DNA of 64,000 nucleotides, from assembly GCA_965649765.1 (NCBI GenBank), contig OZ287756.1, positions 36,208,001 through 36,272,000 of the forward strand, given 5' to 3'. The notes under the pieces were generated by a model. That model searched no databases and was not told where the DNA came from. It saw only the letters and a list, made by a program, of their open reading frames with translations. Position 1 is the first letter of the stretch. Every line of letters begins with the position of its first letter. Below, piece after piece: positions 13,091 through 26,600 of this stretch. The stretch is from Bispira polyomma. Taxonomy: Eukaryota. The position numbers and the translations under genes are program-made.

Positions 13091-15499
13091 ACAGTAGAAA
13101 TGAAAACAATAGGAAACCGTAATTCTAAGAGATTAGAAATGGGTTCATAAAATAATAATATTCAGACAATAGAAGTTCAGATCATAGAGGTTCTACTGTA
13201 TATGAACAAGTACAAGAAATCTATGGAAATATTGGGTTGTTTTCTGTTATAAAAGTTGTTGTGTGTCAATGTATCAACTACTGGATAGAGAAAGTTGATA
13301 TTGTACACTGCGACCAAATTGCTACTTACATGCAGAATACATATCAATCTGCAATTAATGCATGACATCTTATCAATCATGTACCACTTATGACCACTTA
13401 CATGCCTCCTCCCTTCCCCAACACCAACTTTGCTAAGAAGAAAGCTTCTCAACTAATATTACCCTAGGATTTTTAAATATCAGTCTATATGCTATTGTGC
13501 TTCAAAAGGTATTGACCTATTTCTATACATTGCCCCCATCACGCTGTGAAAACTTCTTTATAGGTATTAAGTAATTCAATGGCCAGTGTTATGTGGCCAT
13601 GACAATTAGATGATTGTCATTGTGGGAATCTTCTCTTGGTACTATAACTGTCACACCCTACAAGTGGGTGGTGGGTGAAATGATGTAAGAAACAAAAAGC
13701 GCCCCCGGGGCACAAAAACCCCCACGCACACCCAAAGAAACCATGATAAAGTAATTTTGCAACTCTGTATAAATATGCCTGTCATTATGTGTTTTTACCT
13801 ATGGCGGTTGTTATAAAATAATCATATGGAAATATTTGACAAAGAAAATGGTAATAAACAAGGTGGGCTATTGAAAACAGAGAGTGATTTAATGGGAAAA
13901 TTGTCTTTCAATTGATCCATCTGTATTTGCACCTGTGTGCTTAAAAACTAAGACATTCTCATCTCATATGCATCTTAAATAATACCCAACAAATTAAGGT
14001 TTCCTTCTTATATATTTAAAATTTTTTATGCAAAGGTGATAAAACAGGGACCGTGTCTTTAGATATCAAGCACTTTCTAAAGGCAGGAGAAAATGTCTAA
14101 TTAATGCTTCTATTTACTTGGATAAAAAATTAAAATTTGTTTAACTTTGTGATATATAATTTAAACACAAAACATGTTTTAAAAATAAGCAGAACCTCTA
14201 TCATCCAAACGATCATTACTTTGATGGTAATTTTTTTGAAACATGTTTTACAAAATAAGCAGAACCTCTATCATCCAAACTATCATTATGTAAATGATCA
14301 ATTTTTGAAACTACCACAATTTAATATTTTTCTTGTTGTTTTATACTAAAATGTCTCTTCTATACTTTATGCACCTTCTCTTATCAGAACACAAGCTTGC
14401 TCGCCCACCATTTCTGGATAATAGAGGGTCTGTCTGTCCACTCTACTAATTTCTACCTCTCACAAGATGAAATGCAGACAGGAAATTAACACCTAAACTT
14501 TGACATGATGTGTTTTTTTATTTGAAATTTGTAACAGTGTTATATTTCCTATTGAGTGGGGCAGAATTTCTGTCAATGTTTCCAACAATCTCGTTTAAAA
14601 CTTGAACAATTCTAATGGTTTGTACAGTGTTATATAGAGTTTTTAACTAGCATTTAGAATGGGACAGATATGGTGTCAAGAAGCACTGAAAGAATCTGAG
14701 GATATCAAATGTGTATCACACAAATTGCTACCTTTCATTATTCGGGATAGAAAGAATTGTTTCATTTTAGACACGTTTTATTCAATCACATAATGCTTTT
14801 CCACATGTTATATATTCAGTTACATGTATCAGGCTACGTTTTTTTATGTTATGGTGTCAAATAAAAAAAAAAATGAAATAGAATACATTAATTTTTCCTT
14901 TAACAAGATTTGAATTCTAAAGGTAATTTAAGCAATGCCATACACTTTAATATAATTTGATGTCATACACAAGAAAAGCATTTTAGCATAAAAATTTCAC
15001 AAACAATGAATTTATGTTATCATATCCAGTTAAATCCCCATAAATATTCCCATGCTTCAACTTATTCTAATCTAATTTGAATATGTTTCCACAAAACTAC
15101 AAAGATCACATACAATAAAAAATTCTTTGCCATTATTGAGACAGAAAGTCTTTTTAAATGTGCAGCTTCTTGAAGCAATTCATCGCAAAGACTTTGTCCT
15201 TGCTTTTTTTTTATCAATATGCGTGGTCTGAAAATAATTAGACCCTTCAGAAATTGGCTGTGAAAAAGATGTACCACACAATAGGTCCTAAATCTGTCAG
15301 GAGAATGATATTAATATATTATATCTGCCTTAGGAAGCAAAAATTAGATAATAGTTTTTCACAAGATACAAGTCTCATGCCAAAGTCTAGAATTTGTTTA
15401 CAAGAACTACACAGGGGGCACCCAACTTAAATCAAAGGACTTAAGCTGATTGACAATAATCTCAAAATATGTCCTGCTCTATCTTTATGTGCAAGAAAG

Positions 15500-15667
15500 A
15501 ATATCTCAAATCTGGCTACATATTCGAGTTCCTGGCTAAAAGCTCTATTAAAATAAATAGTAACAAGTATAGGTTATTTTTATCAATAAATAACTCCATA
15601 TATTATTAAGTGGCACATTTGAGTTTAAGCGGGAGTTTAAGTTTCGGACCTTTGATAAATACTGGCA
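15500..15667 (+). mobile_element. MITE family A, copy 3
   Basis: aaagctctattaaaataaatagtaacaagtataggtt ... tttgagtttaag ... aatactggc. Confidence 0.5.
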
Positions 15668-16329
15668 CATGTCTTGGCAGTGAAAAGATGATGCCTTTAC
15701 AAGAGGCAGATATATAGATGCTTGTGTTTATTGTATGTAAGTAGGGCTCATTAAGTCTGTGTTGTTTTCACAGTAATAAGAAACTTGTGATCAAACCTCA
15801 TCAGACAATGCTACTAACTGTGGCCAGCACATTTATCCTATACATGTATAGTTCAAGCAGCACTCTCCCTCCCCACACACAAACCACTGATGTTATATAA
15901 TATATGGGGACCTGTAGGTAACAGGCTGATACCCCCTCATATCACTTGAACAGCTTGTTCAAATATTGGGACACTTTTAAAGTATATATTATTAAAGAAA
16001 ACTAATAAATCTGATAAAAAATACCTGGCCAATTGGCAATAGAAAGGGTAAAAACACAGAACAAAATACATATTCAACTCTTATATGCATGATTTTCCTG
16101 TGGTAAATATTTATAAAGATAACAGATTACTGTCTCAAGTCTTGCACTAACTATAAGGCACAGACTAAAGGCCTTTGCAGATTAGAGCAAGGTGGTGTGT
16201 GTCAGTGAGGGGAGTAAATCATTTAGATTCCCATCTGTTTATAACCCTTTATATATGATGTGAGGTGAGTACTAGTAAGGTGACTAATTGAAATTAGAAA
16301 TTTTTGAATTTGTACTGAACCTTGTGTCT

Positions 16330-16535
16330 GGGTTGACATAATCTAGCCTAGAATTTAAGCCAAATCAATAAAAACTGGGCGAAATATTACTGGAATTTAG
16401 GTAAGTCGGGCAAACTTGTCACAAAAAAAACAATTTCAGCAAATATTTCCCACAATTTTACCAAAAACACAACGTTTTCTAGGTGGCAAATTTCAGATAC
16501 AGTGGCGAATTTTGGATTTTTTACTCTAACCCACC
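16330..16535 (-). mobile_element. ~200-bp MITE family B (inverted relative to the copy at 29161)
   Basis: ggtggcaaatttcagatacagtggcgaattttggattttttactctaac is the reverse complement of gttagagtaaagaatctaaaattcgccactgtgtctgaaatttgccacc at 29165. Both copies also share the internal cccacaatt..accaaaaac segment on the + strand, so orientation is ambiguous. Confidence 0.5.
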
Positions 16536-16699
16536 TGGCACTAGTCTGCAAATTACCTAAATACTACTTGCAAAATCTCATCCCTTCCCCTTTAAGACCT
16601 TAGTTGTTAGGATGTCTAAATATAAATATAAAGTACTTACAGAGTTGTTCAGACTCCAGTAGCTGTCCATGACTACCAGTCATTACACTTGTCCACCAC

Positions 16700-17625
16700 A
16701 GCAACACTACAGTGACTGATACAGCTGACATCCTTCCTACAATATATATAACAACACTACACTGACTGATACAGCTGACATCATTCCTACAATATATATA
16801 TAACACTACAGTGACTGATACAGCTGACATCCTTCCTACAACACATATAACAACACTACACTGACTGATACAGCTGACATCCTTCCTACAATATATATAA
16901 CAACACTATAGTGACTGATACAGCTGACATCCTTCCTACAATACATATAACAACACTACACTGACTGATACAGCTGACATCATTCCTACAATATATATAT
17001 AACACTACAGTGACTGATACAGCTGACATCATTTCTACAATATATATAACACTACAGTGACTGATACAGCTGACATCCGTCCTACAACACATATAACAAC
17101 ACTACACTGACTGATACTGCTGACATCCTTCCTACAATACATATAACACTACAGTGACTGATACAGCTGACATCCTTCCTACAATATATATAACAACACT
17201 ATAGTGACTGATACAGCCGACGTCCTTCCTACAATACATATAACAACACTATAGTGACTGATACAGCTGACATCCTTCCTACAACACATATAACAACACT
17301 ACAGTGACTGATATAGCCTAAATGCTTCCTACAACACATATAACAACACTACAGTGACTGATACAGCTGACATCCTTCCTACAATATGTATAACAACACT
17401 ACAGTGACTGATACAGCCGACATCCTTCCTACAACACATATAACAACACTACAGTGACTGATACAGCTGACATCCTTCCTACAACACATATAACAACACT
17501 ACAGTGACTGATACAGCTGACATCCTTCCTACAATACATATAACAACACTACAGTGACTGATACAGCTGACATCATTCTTACAATATATATAACAACACT
17601 ACAGTGACTGATACTGCTGACATTC
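16700..17625. repeat. 50-bp minisatellite, ~18 copies
   Basis: Unit aacaacactacagtgactgatacagctgacatccttcctacaatacatat; taacaacact recurs at 17241, 17291, 17341 ... 17591. It explains the repetitive minus-strand ORFs (MSAVSVTVVL). Confidence 0.95.
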
Positions 17626-18644
17626 CTGAATATAGCTCTAGATAAGCACATTAGAGACTGTTTGCAGAATATTAGGCACGATAAAAGTTGCACTACAGTG
17701 GAAGTATTGTACAAGTTTTAGTAACTAAGATTAAGTTTGATGAAAGTTCATTCTGGACGAAATCAGCAGTCATCAAATGGAAAAATCAGTTCAACATACA
17801 ACAATATAATGGTATGAATTTGTGCAAGTAAAAGTATGTGCAAATTAATTAAAAAAAATGTTGAGGTTATTCTAGTTCCACTATATATTCACCAAAATGT
17901 ACACACTATAGAGATAAGTACACAAGTACAAAAGGGGCTTCCTTAATTATGACATCACAATAAACTTCTGGTTTTCTTGCCTTAAAACAAATCCCTACTT
18001 ACAACTGAAGAGACAGGTATCTGCCTATTTAACAAACATGTACAGATATCATTTCACTTTTTATAGCCTCTGAGATTCCCTGATAATTATGTTTACAAAT
18101 ATTTCTGATTGAGTAAACAGATACCACATGCAGTCTCTGGCTCTTTATTTTCCTAAAGGGTTATTGCTTTCTGTTTTTCTGTTAAAGAACTCCATTAATA
18201 AGTTGAGCCTTGTAGCTGAAGCAGGAATTACAGGTTGTCAGAACAAGTGTGCTACAGTTGTCAATACAAAGAATACCTAGCAGGCTAGCCTGGTTGAGGT
18301 GTACAGTTTATCACAGTAAATATCTCTTACAGATTAGTGTACAGTATAACTATATGTAAGAGACTATATATTTTATCGATACAGAGAATTATCTCAGATG
18401 TAACTGATAAATATTTAAACTACAAAATGATATCACTTTAAAAATAAATAGAATCACAAGCAACAAGACATTTTTAGATAAAATTTCAAGCTTTAAAAGA
18501 TCCTCGATCTTTATAGATAGCCTTATTAATGGGATTAACCGGGACATGTTACCATTCATTCAAATAAAGCTTTCAGTGAGGAACTCAAATAAACAGTCTG
18601 ATATAAAATATCTTTACTATATTACTACATTACAATACACCAGT

Positions 18645-18878
18645 GGAGATATTCTGCCTCAAGCTCAGTTTATACTCCAGCTCAAATCTAAAAACAACAT
18701 ATCTCTAGCTAGTGTGTAGTTAAGTCAAATCTGATATTTGAATTCATCACTGAAAGCTCTATTAAAATGAATAGTCACAAGTGAAGGTTATCTCCATGTA
18801 CAAGATCTTACACATAGCCTTTAGTTGAGTTAGGTCTGAGTTCAAGCTTAAGGGTTTTTTTTTCGAAAATACAGAATA
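18645..18878 (+). mobile_element. MITE family A, copy 4
   Basis: atttgaattcatcactgaaagctctattaaaatgaatagtcacaagtgaaggtt ... ttgagttaggtctgagtt. Confidence 0.6.
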
Positions 18879-19114
18879 TGATAGATTTTGAGATTACTGT
18901 GAGTTTGGAGTTTAAGACATTTGCTAGAAGCCTGTACCAGGCTACTGTGTAGCTGATCCCATGCATCACTGCAATGTGTAGATTCTAGGAGAGCAGTAAA
19001 CAGGACCCAGTGATGTGTGAGACTGACAGGGAACTATGTGTACATTGACTCCAAGCATCTCTACCACTAACTACAATCTCCTCTGCTACAAGTATGGTTA
19101 AGATAAGACCTCAA

Positions 19115-19353
19115 CTCATATTCTCCTAAATAATCTCAAGCTTAAAACTCAGACTCAACTCCAGTGAAGACTATCATTTATCCCTCATATACAACATAAC
19201 CTGCACTCGTAACCATTCGTATTAAATGAGCTTTCAACACTGAATTCAAATATGCAGTCAGATTTCACCTTATTTCACTCTAGCCAGTGATATGGGGTCC
19301 TGAGATTTGAGCTTAAGTCTGAGTTGAACTCGACTATTTTGGAGAATTTGGCC
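19115..19353 (-). mobile_element. MITE family A, copy 5
   Basis: aaccattcgtattaaatgagctttcaacactgaattcaaatatgcagtcagattt is the reverse complement of the family core. Confidence 0.6.
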
Positions 19354-19821
19354 ACAGATATATACAGATTGGTGTGTCATTTATTATAGAGTGAGAGTTA
19401 AGATTGACAAGCCACTGTCAATACACACACAGGAGATGATCCCTTAAAGAGATAGATCTGTCTGCAACACCAACCTGATCAGTGATTACAAATACCACAC
19501 TACATCATGTAGACAGGAACATCGCCACAAACAAAACGGCTTGGCCAGTTTTACATTGGTTTGGTTAATGAGAATTTAGGAGCAAAACCTGTGTGGCCTG
19601 TCAATTTGTATCTTATAGCTAGTGTATTACAGGCAAAATATTACACAATGAACATGTCATACCCTACACAAACCTTTACAGTTTCACCGTATAATTTTCT
19701 TAGTTTTAACCAATTAGATTGCTTCAGACAGGTTAATCGGCCAATAAAATTGCCTCTTGCAAAAATATAAGAATAAGAATGTTTGTGACTACCAGTCTAG
19801 ATGATGGTGCATTCGTCTGTA

Positions 19822-19994
19822 CAGTAGACTCACTCTGTACAAGTCAAATGTCCAAGGGATTTGCTTACACTTTTAGCTATCTCCCACTTATGCCTAATGT
19901 ATAACAATAAGTTTTGAATATTGAGGCCAGTATATCAGTTCTAGTTATATAGAAATTTAACTTAGACTGGCCGTAGTGACAGAAGAGTCTACTG
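19822..19994. mobile_element. pogo/Tigger-like MITE
   Basis: ta|cagtagactc ... gagtctactg|ta: CAGT-type TIR with TA target duplication. Confidence 0.6.
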
Positions 19995-20528
19995 TATGTA
20001 TAAGTCCACCATTAAGTCTCTTCTTGTCTATGACATTGTGTAGAAGTAGCAGCTACAGTTTCTTACAATTCACAATATTGTGAAGATCTAGTACAAGCTT
20101 GGCAGTTTATCAAAGGCCAAGGGTCTACTTCTGGAGTAAGAGAGGGGAATCAATCAGTGCTCAGTGACCGGATCAGGCTTCTATTGACACCCTCAATCTA
20201 CTCAAGTGGTCTCCTTAAAAGGTTCTCACTGACACTCCTGCTGGCCAAATACACAGCAGCAGCATCAACCATGGCCTTGCCTTAGGCTTAACTCTGTATA
20301 TAACCATCACCTAATATAGGGTTCACGCACTGAGGGTAATATACTTGAGTAAGATACGCCATTGCCTACTGATGAGGACTCAGGCTTATCATCCAGGACA
20401 ATCCCTTTCAGAGATTGAGAGCTGTAGAGGATGATATATTGATAGAGCGCTATATAAATGCTCAATAATAATACTAAAACGCCCCAAAAATGTACTCAAT
20501 CAACAGAGAATACTCTTATACCCTATCC

Positions 20529-20740
20529 CTGTGGTGGCCTAGTGCTTCACAATCACTGGCTTCTCACTAATGTGGGCTTGAATCCTGGTCCTTCCTTGAT
20601 GTGGGGAAGTTTTGTCAGGTACTTGCTGTAGGTCAGTGGTTTAACAGTTGTTCCAGCACTGATTTCTTCCACTATTGAATCTGGTTATCGTGATATGACC
20701 TAAGCTCTTGAAAGTGATGTAAAATCCAACTAAATTCAAA
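20529..20740 (+). mobile_element. Old tRNA-derived SINE (V-domain-like), related to the 20996 family
   Basis: A-box gtggtggcctagtg, then acaatcactgg, a degenerate B-box ttgaatcc, a ggtcagtggttt..ttcttccac body and a gatatgaccta..gaaagtgatgtaaaatccaactaaattcaaa tail. It parallels the younger copy. Confidence 0.6.
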
Positions 20741-20968
20741 TGTATTCTATTTTTTATTGTTTGTGGTTTCTTTTGACCTACTGGTTAGGAAGTTGGTCTG
20801 ATGATCAGGAGGTATATGGTTCAACTCCTGGTAATACCACAATGGTCATTTAGGGAATAATATCCATAGACAAGATTTGAAAACTCCGTTGTCCACTGTT
20901 GACCACCAACTGGCTATGTATTAGGATCATGATTAATGGTGTAGCGATTGTTATGTGGCACTTTCAAA

Positions 20969-21587
20969 TAGAGGTGGGACGGTACCAGTTTTTGTGGGGG
21001 CCGCGGTGGCATAGTGGTTAGCAAGCATTGCGCTTTACAATCACTGGTCTCTCACCTCTGGGCGGCGTGAGTTCGAATCCCACCGATGCCTATGTGGGAA
21101 AGGTGGTAGTTCCTTACTGTGGGCCGCTGGTTTCTCTGCAGAACCTTGACCGACTGTATGTAGTGTTTCCTCCGGCGTTTCCAACTACCCGTCCCAATAT
21201 AACCTACTAAAAGGTACTAGAGTGGACGTTAAATATCCAAATTCAAATTCAAGTACCAGTTTTTGTAAGTCGGTGCAAAACCGTTCAGATTCCGGGATAC
21301 AGAAAATTTATTGTTTCTAATATCTCCCCAATAGAATGCAGCCTACTACAGGAATTAGAGTTTCGCCGAACAAAATAAATGTTCCCACTCGATGAAATCG
21401 CTAAAAAAAAATTATAAATTTGCAAAAATGTAGTATGACAGGTTATATTGTCTGAATATATTGTATCTGTTTATATAATTTGAGGTTCTGCCGTTTTATG
21501 TACATTGTATCGAAACACTGGTAGCAATATTTACTTTCGGTCGGCAAGTCATTTTGTCTAGATATCGGCAGTACCGACCCACCCCTA
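20969..21587. mobile_element. Non-autonomous hAT-type MITE interrupted by a SINE
   Basis: TIRs tagaggtgggacggtac / gtaccgacccaccccta; 8-bp TSD ctttcaaa (20961-20968) / cttttaaa (21588-21595). Confidence 0.75.
20996..21252 (+). mobile_element. Full-length young tRNA-derived SINE
   Basis: 5' gggggccgcggtggcatagtggtta (A-box), gagttcgaatccc (B-box) and a (aaattc)n tail; perfect 14-bp TSD gtaccagtttttgt at 20982-20995 and 21253-21266. Confidence 0.9.
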
Positions 21588-22429
21588 CTTTTAAAGATGC
21601 CTGGCACCAATGATGTGCGGTTAGAATAATTGACAATGCAATACAATGTGGATACACACTTCCATGTCATCAATTGACATTTTGTTATAATGGATTTTTA
21701 AGGAGTGTTAGTAATTACAATGCAATTAGAGCCTTATCTAAAGGCTACATCTAGACCTATAAAATGTGTGTGCATACTTTATATCTCAGATCAGATGGTC
21801 AATATTCTCACACACAACCACACAGACATACACACAGCAATGGAATGAATGGCTGAATTAATAAATTCACCACAACACAGAAAAAACACCGGATATTTTC
21901 ACTTGCAGTGAATTGTTACTAATCATCAAAATATTCCAATGCATGATTTGCCAATAACTTAATACTTGTAAATGTCACTGTCAAGTAGATTTACAGCCCT
22001 TATCATTGGTTTCTGTCATTGTTTCTGCAGCAGAGTTGAGAGATTGTGAAAAAATATGACATTGCATTTGGTTGTAACAAGTGTGTGTACTGACTAACAG
22101 ACAACTTATTACAGCCCATTAAACTTTACACATTGAAAAGCAGGCATCTGGCATCACATGGAAAATTACTACACAAAAATATAGGGAGGAAGGGGTAATC
22201 ACCCATAGTTACAACTTACAAACCAGCACACACTCTATATGTAGGTACCATCTGCGGAAAGATCATGCATACGGGTGATGCTGACAAAACATACATTATT
22301 CACCTGCATATAAACAGTGTGGTGACTTAACCACATTGGAATAGTGTATATACACCACAGAAAGTTCTTACTTATGTTCACATGTCTAACAAAGAGACCA
22401 CTATGTTATAAATTGATAAGTCTTCATAA

Positions 22430-22870
22430 GTGTGCTTTTCCATGCAGGCAACTTTCTGAGGCGATCAGGCGACGGCCGACGGCGATTCTACCAATTTCAT
22501 TGATTTATAACCAAGTGTTTCCATGTGAGCAACGCCGATAGGCGACAGGCAATGCCAGGCGATTTTTTCGGTACTAGGAGCGAAAAAAATCGCCTGGCAT
22601 TGCCCGTCGCCTTGTAAACATTGCCATTTTTTAAATAACTCAAAAATTACTAAAGGTATAAATTTAATGAAAATATGGTGAGAAAGCTTATTTTATCGGG
22701 TATATTGTGCTTTTTGTTGCATCAAAATCGGTTGAGAAATGGCTAAGATATTCAGGTATAAATACAGGTATCGATTTTTCTCAAATATTGTATAGAAACA
22801 TAAAAATTGAAAATCGCCTGTTATACGTCGGCTGGTCGCCTCAGAAAGTTGCCTGCATGGAAACGTTCAC
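22430..22870. mobile_element. PIF/Harbinger (Tourist-like) MITE
   Basis: ~45-bp TIRs (tttccatgcaggcaactttctgaggcga..cgacg / cgtcg..tcgcctcagaaagttgcctgcatggaaa); TAA on both flanks (22427-22429, 22871-22873); internal hairpin at 22540-22612. Confidence 0.8.
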
Positions 22871-22871
22871 T

Positions 22872-22942
22872 AAGGCCTCATAATGATAAAGGCCTTATAA
22901 TGATAAAGGCCTTATAATGATAAAGGCCATATAATGCTAAAG
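22872..22942. repeat. 17-bp tandem repeat, ~4 copies
   Basis: aaggccttataatgata repeated, starting directly at the MITE right flank. Confidence 0.85.
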
Positions 22943-23030
22943 TTTGAGTCATGTTTTCACTTTACTCCCTTTAACTTCAGCTTAAGACAGCTATTTATAG
23001 GATATTGACTTTACAAATATGTTTATTGTA

Positions 23031-23213
23031 CAATAGAACTTATATTATCCGAACATGTTAGAAGAGCAAGATTTTGTTCAGATATTAAAAGGTTCATAAA
23101 ATAGAAGAGCCTTTCTGTATAAAACGACAAGAAAACAAAATTGGAAGAGTGAAAATGAATTCATAACATTGAATATTTAGATAATAGAAGATTGGATAAT
23201 AGAAGTTCTACTG
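23031..23213. mobile_element. pogo/Tigger-like MITE
   Basis: ta|caatagaacttatattatcc ... ggataatagaagttctactg|ta; related pieces at ~13090-13200 and ~14190-14430. Confidence 0.6.
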
Positions 23214-23416
23214 TACAACGTAGTTATATAGGGTAGTCTCTCTGTTACCAGAACCAATACAGGTCCAATTTCTCTTTTACCGGAACCAGTTTTTTTCTTG
23301 ACCAAACATTCCAAAACATAAGCTTTAGATGAGGTATAAGTAGAAGATAACCACAAGTAGAACTAAATCTTGTGGATGATGGGCATATTTGAAATCTACA
23401 GTCTACTGTATGAGTA

Positions 23417-23586
23417 CAGTCAAACCCCTCTAAGTAGAACTCTAAAAGTGGAATTACCTGTTAAGTAGAAGTTCTGTTAATGTCCTATTGCTATATTTCT
23501 AATTCAAATTTACCATTAAGTAGACAGTCTGTTAAGTGGAACCATTGTTATGGTCCTTTTATATTCGACTTAACATGGTGTCACTG
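23417..23586. mobile_element. pogo/Tigger-like MITE
   Basis: ta|cagtcaaacccctctaagtagaac ... cgacttaacatggtgtcactg|ta, with internal taagtag(a/g)a subrepeats. Confidence 0.5.
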
Positions 23587-26364
23587 TAATTCTAAAGCCT
23601 TCAGCCAGGCTTCTTATTTAAATAACTTTCTATGTACCATTATACAAAGAAGCAATACTTTTGACTCTCTACTGAATGTGTGCATATGAGAAGTATGCCA
23701 CGCAAGAATAACCCCCGTTTTTCTGGAAGTAATTTTCAGCCCATTTTCTGACAATCATACTTAAAGCTACATAGCCCAGTAATTCATGTTGATAGTCATG
23801 CACTGTGTACTTTTCCCTGTTCCTCCTTGCCATAAATACCAGTGGCGCCACCACTGGCCATAAGCCTACAGGAAATCCACTTCCTGGCCGCTTTTATTTA
23901 AGACTTCCGACCGCTTCAAGAAATGTGCTTAACGCCAAAAGTACTGCACCCTCTCATTATATATTAGAAATCTTGTGCAATTACTTTTGAGAAAAAAGTA
24001 AATATATTTGAAAAAAGCCTCTTGAAAGAGTAACTAAAACAGGGACTGATCCTTAAGACTTCAATAAAAACGAGAACCTGGGCTTTACTTTTTGTCTGCA
24101 CAGGTAGATATAGTTCCCCAAGAGAGGGAAGGATAAGTATTACATAAGAGCATGGGTGATTACTACATGGCATGGCAGTTAACCTTTAAGCTGAAGGGAC
24201 CTGGTAGATTATTGAAGACTAAGCTACATGGAGTGCTTTGGCTGACAAGGAGAACTAACAGACAGGACTTGTCTAATCACTGAATATACACACTACTGGT
24301 ACCATTAAAGAAAAGAAATGTTTTTGGATGCAAGAAGATTATCCTTAATTGTGTTTACAAGAACAAAATATGAGTTACCAGGCCACACACCTGTCACCTG
24401 GCCTATACAAAGACATCGACTAGATCTACTTCAATTTAAAACAAAAATACATTCATAATATACAATGTAAACTTAATTTCTGGGCATTAGCAACTGTGAA
24501 CATATTTGCATTTTCTATTTTCATTTATCAGCTATCAATGATCAGATTTTACAACTATAGTAAGAGGTAAACAACTCCATGGGTTTTTTGTTAATGATAT
24601 ACACATATATTTTTTCAAGAACAACTTTGATAGTAGAGAACCTATAACCATAGAAAGCAGGAAGAAAGTTGGTTGCTAAAAAAAACAGTTTTCAATAGTT
24701 TAAAATTAGACTATAACAATGAGGGTATCAATAACACAATCTTTGTTAATAAATGCTGTCATGTGACTTCCCTTTTGTTGTACTAAACAAACAGATGATA
24801 TATTGAAGCATTGTTAATGAAGTTCCGACTATTATTGCTTCTTCCTCATTGGTTCATGTGTCATAATCAATTTGTTTTAATTAGATAAAACTTGAGTACC
24901 CATTGTGAGATGCATCTCAACAAGTGGCCGAAAAACTGGAGTCAAACAACAAACAGTGGTAAACAACAACAGTCTGACTCTGTAAACAGCACATAGACAT
25001 ACACACTACCTTCCAGAGGTTTAGCAGCAGAAATAAATGAGTTGGCAGAGAGTTCCTAGGCTGGGCCACTGGGCCACCCAACAGCTTAGTGCATTGATCT
25101 TCTAATTAAATCTTACACCATCTTGTATAAAAACTGTGCACCTCAGGGGGGAGTTTCCTATCACAACACCACCCCTTGCTATCTGCTGATGCATTCCTAT
25201 CTTTTAGCCATTACCTAGGCTTGCTATAAAGTAAATGTCACTTTGCTGTTGGGAGACATTTGGCATTAATCTTTGCTCAGAGAGCCAGGTGACTGAGGTC
25301 AGGGATATACTATAGATAATCAGGTCTATTTTACCCATCTCAGACATCTGTGAACGCTGGTTTTATTTACATCAACTGGTCACAGCTTGTAGAGGTATAA
25401 CAGGACAGGCTACTATACTTTATAACAGTCTTGTCATAAAAATAAATCAATGCTCCTCAGGGGTCAATGCATAGCATGTTAATAAGTGACCCACTGGCAG
25501 ATGCCAATTTAAAACATGTCAAGTTAGAAAACTGGGCAGTGGGACGATTTCAAAAGGTGGTACATAATGTGACACATAATAGGAGATGTCAATAACTTCC
25601 TAAAAGAATGACCTGAACACGGAAAGACGGAAATTTGGCTTCACAATTACTCTTATTAATAGTTGCTATCACTTAGGATACAGTTTGACAGATTATTAAT
25701 TGACCAATCACCTTTGATATACTAGGATGATCATTATATTGTAAAATTTCCTGAAGAAAAAATAGTCACTCCATTAGTGTTATGACAATTATTGACGATC
25801 AAACTTTGATTGATGGGTTTACTCTGGACACTGGGTTCCCTTTACACTATGGACACTTAGTAGATTTAAAAATAAACTTCTAAATATAGAAGCTGGGCTG
25901 ATTTCTAGCCTTTGATAATAGCTGTAAGAGTGCACCAGGATATCACAACTCAGAACATACAAATCCAGGAGAAAAGCCCCAAGGAGAAAAGCCTCATAGC
26001 TACTTCTAATTTTCCTTCAATCTTATATCATGCTACAAGTATATTCTTTTCAATTATTATTGGTGAATATTAGAAAATTATAAAGGGAAAAATATTCTTT
26101 GAAAATTGTTCAGAATGACCTTTTCACAAAAATGACTAAAGAGAACTAACTGCAAATCGCAAATACAAAACTACAAAATATTCACATTTGCAAAAGTGGT
26201 TTTCAGGGCTTTTAACCAAAACCAATTTAAGGCCTTTTCTCCAAAGGCCTTAAAATGGGGTAGGGCTTTCCTTCACAGATTCAAATTTGCCTGGGCTTTT
26301 CTCCATCTACCCAATGATACAGTATATGAAAGTTAACACATGGTTAAAGTTATTATTGAGCATC

Positions 26365-26600
26365 TGGGCTTGTACTTGCAAAATATATCAAAGTCAACAA
26401 CTCACACTCAACTCAAATCTCTGCTTTCCGTATCTCTGTAGCCTTTAAACATACAGTAAATCTGACTTCGGATTTGAATTCAGTGGTAAAAGCTCTACTA
26501 GAATTGATGGTTTGAAGTGTAGGTTATTTACATTTACAAGTACTTTCACAATAGCTTTTTTAAATTTGTTAAGTATGAGTTAATGACAATATGGGCCCTG
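26365..26600 (+). mobile_element. MITE family A, copy 6
   Basis: ctgggcttgtac..aactcaaatc..gatttgaattcagtggtaaaagctctactagaattgatggtttgaagtgtaggtt..aatatgggccc. Confidence 0.6.

Noticed and set aside
14167-14290. ~70-bp direct duplication (a ~63-bp one also at 32675-32800)
   Set aside because: Simple local tandem duplications, in or near decayed repeats, with no further structure.
16600-17714. Repetitive minus-strand ORFs (MSAVSVTVVL...)
   Set aside because: Translation of the 50-bp minisatellite; the unit length is not a multiple of three.
20996-21085. tRNA gene
   Set aside because: A and B boxes are present but the spacing is extended, there is no closing acceptor stem, and it continues into a SINE body with tail and TSD.
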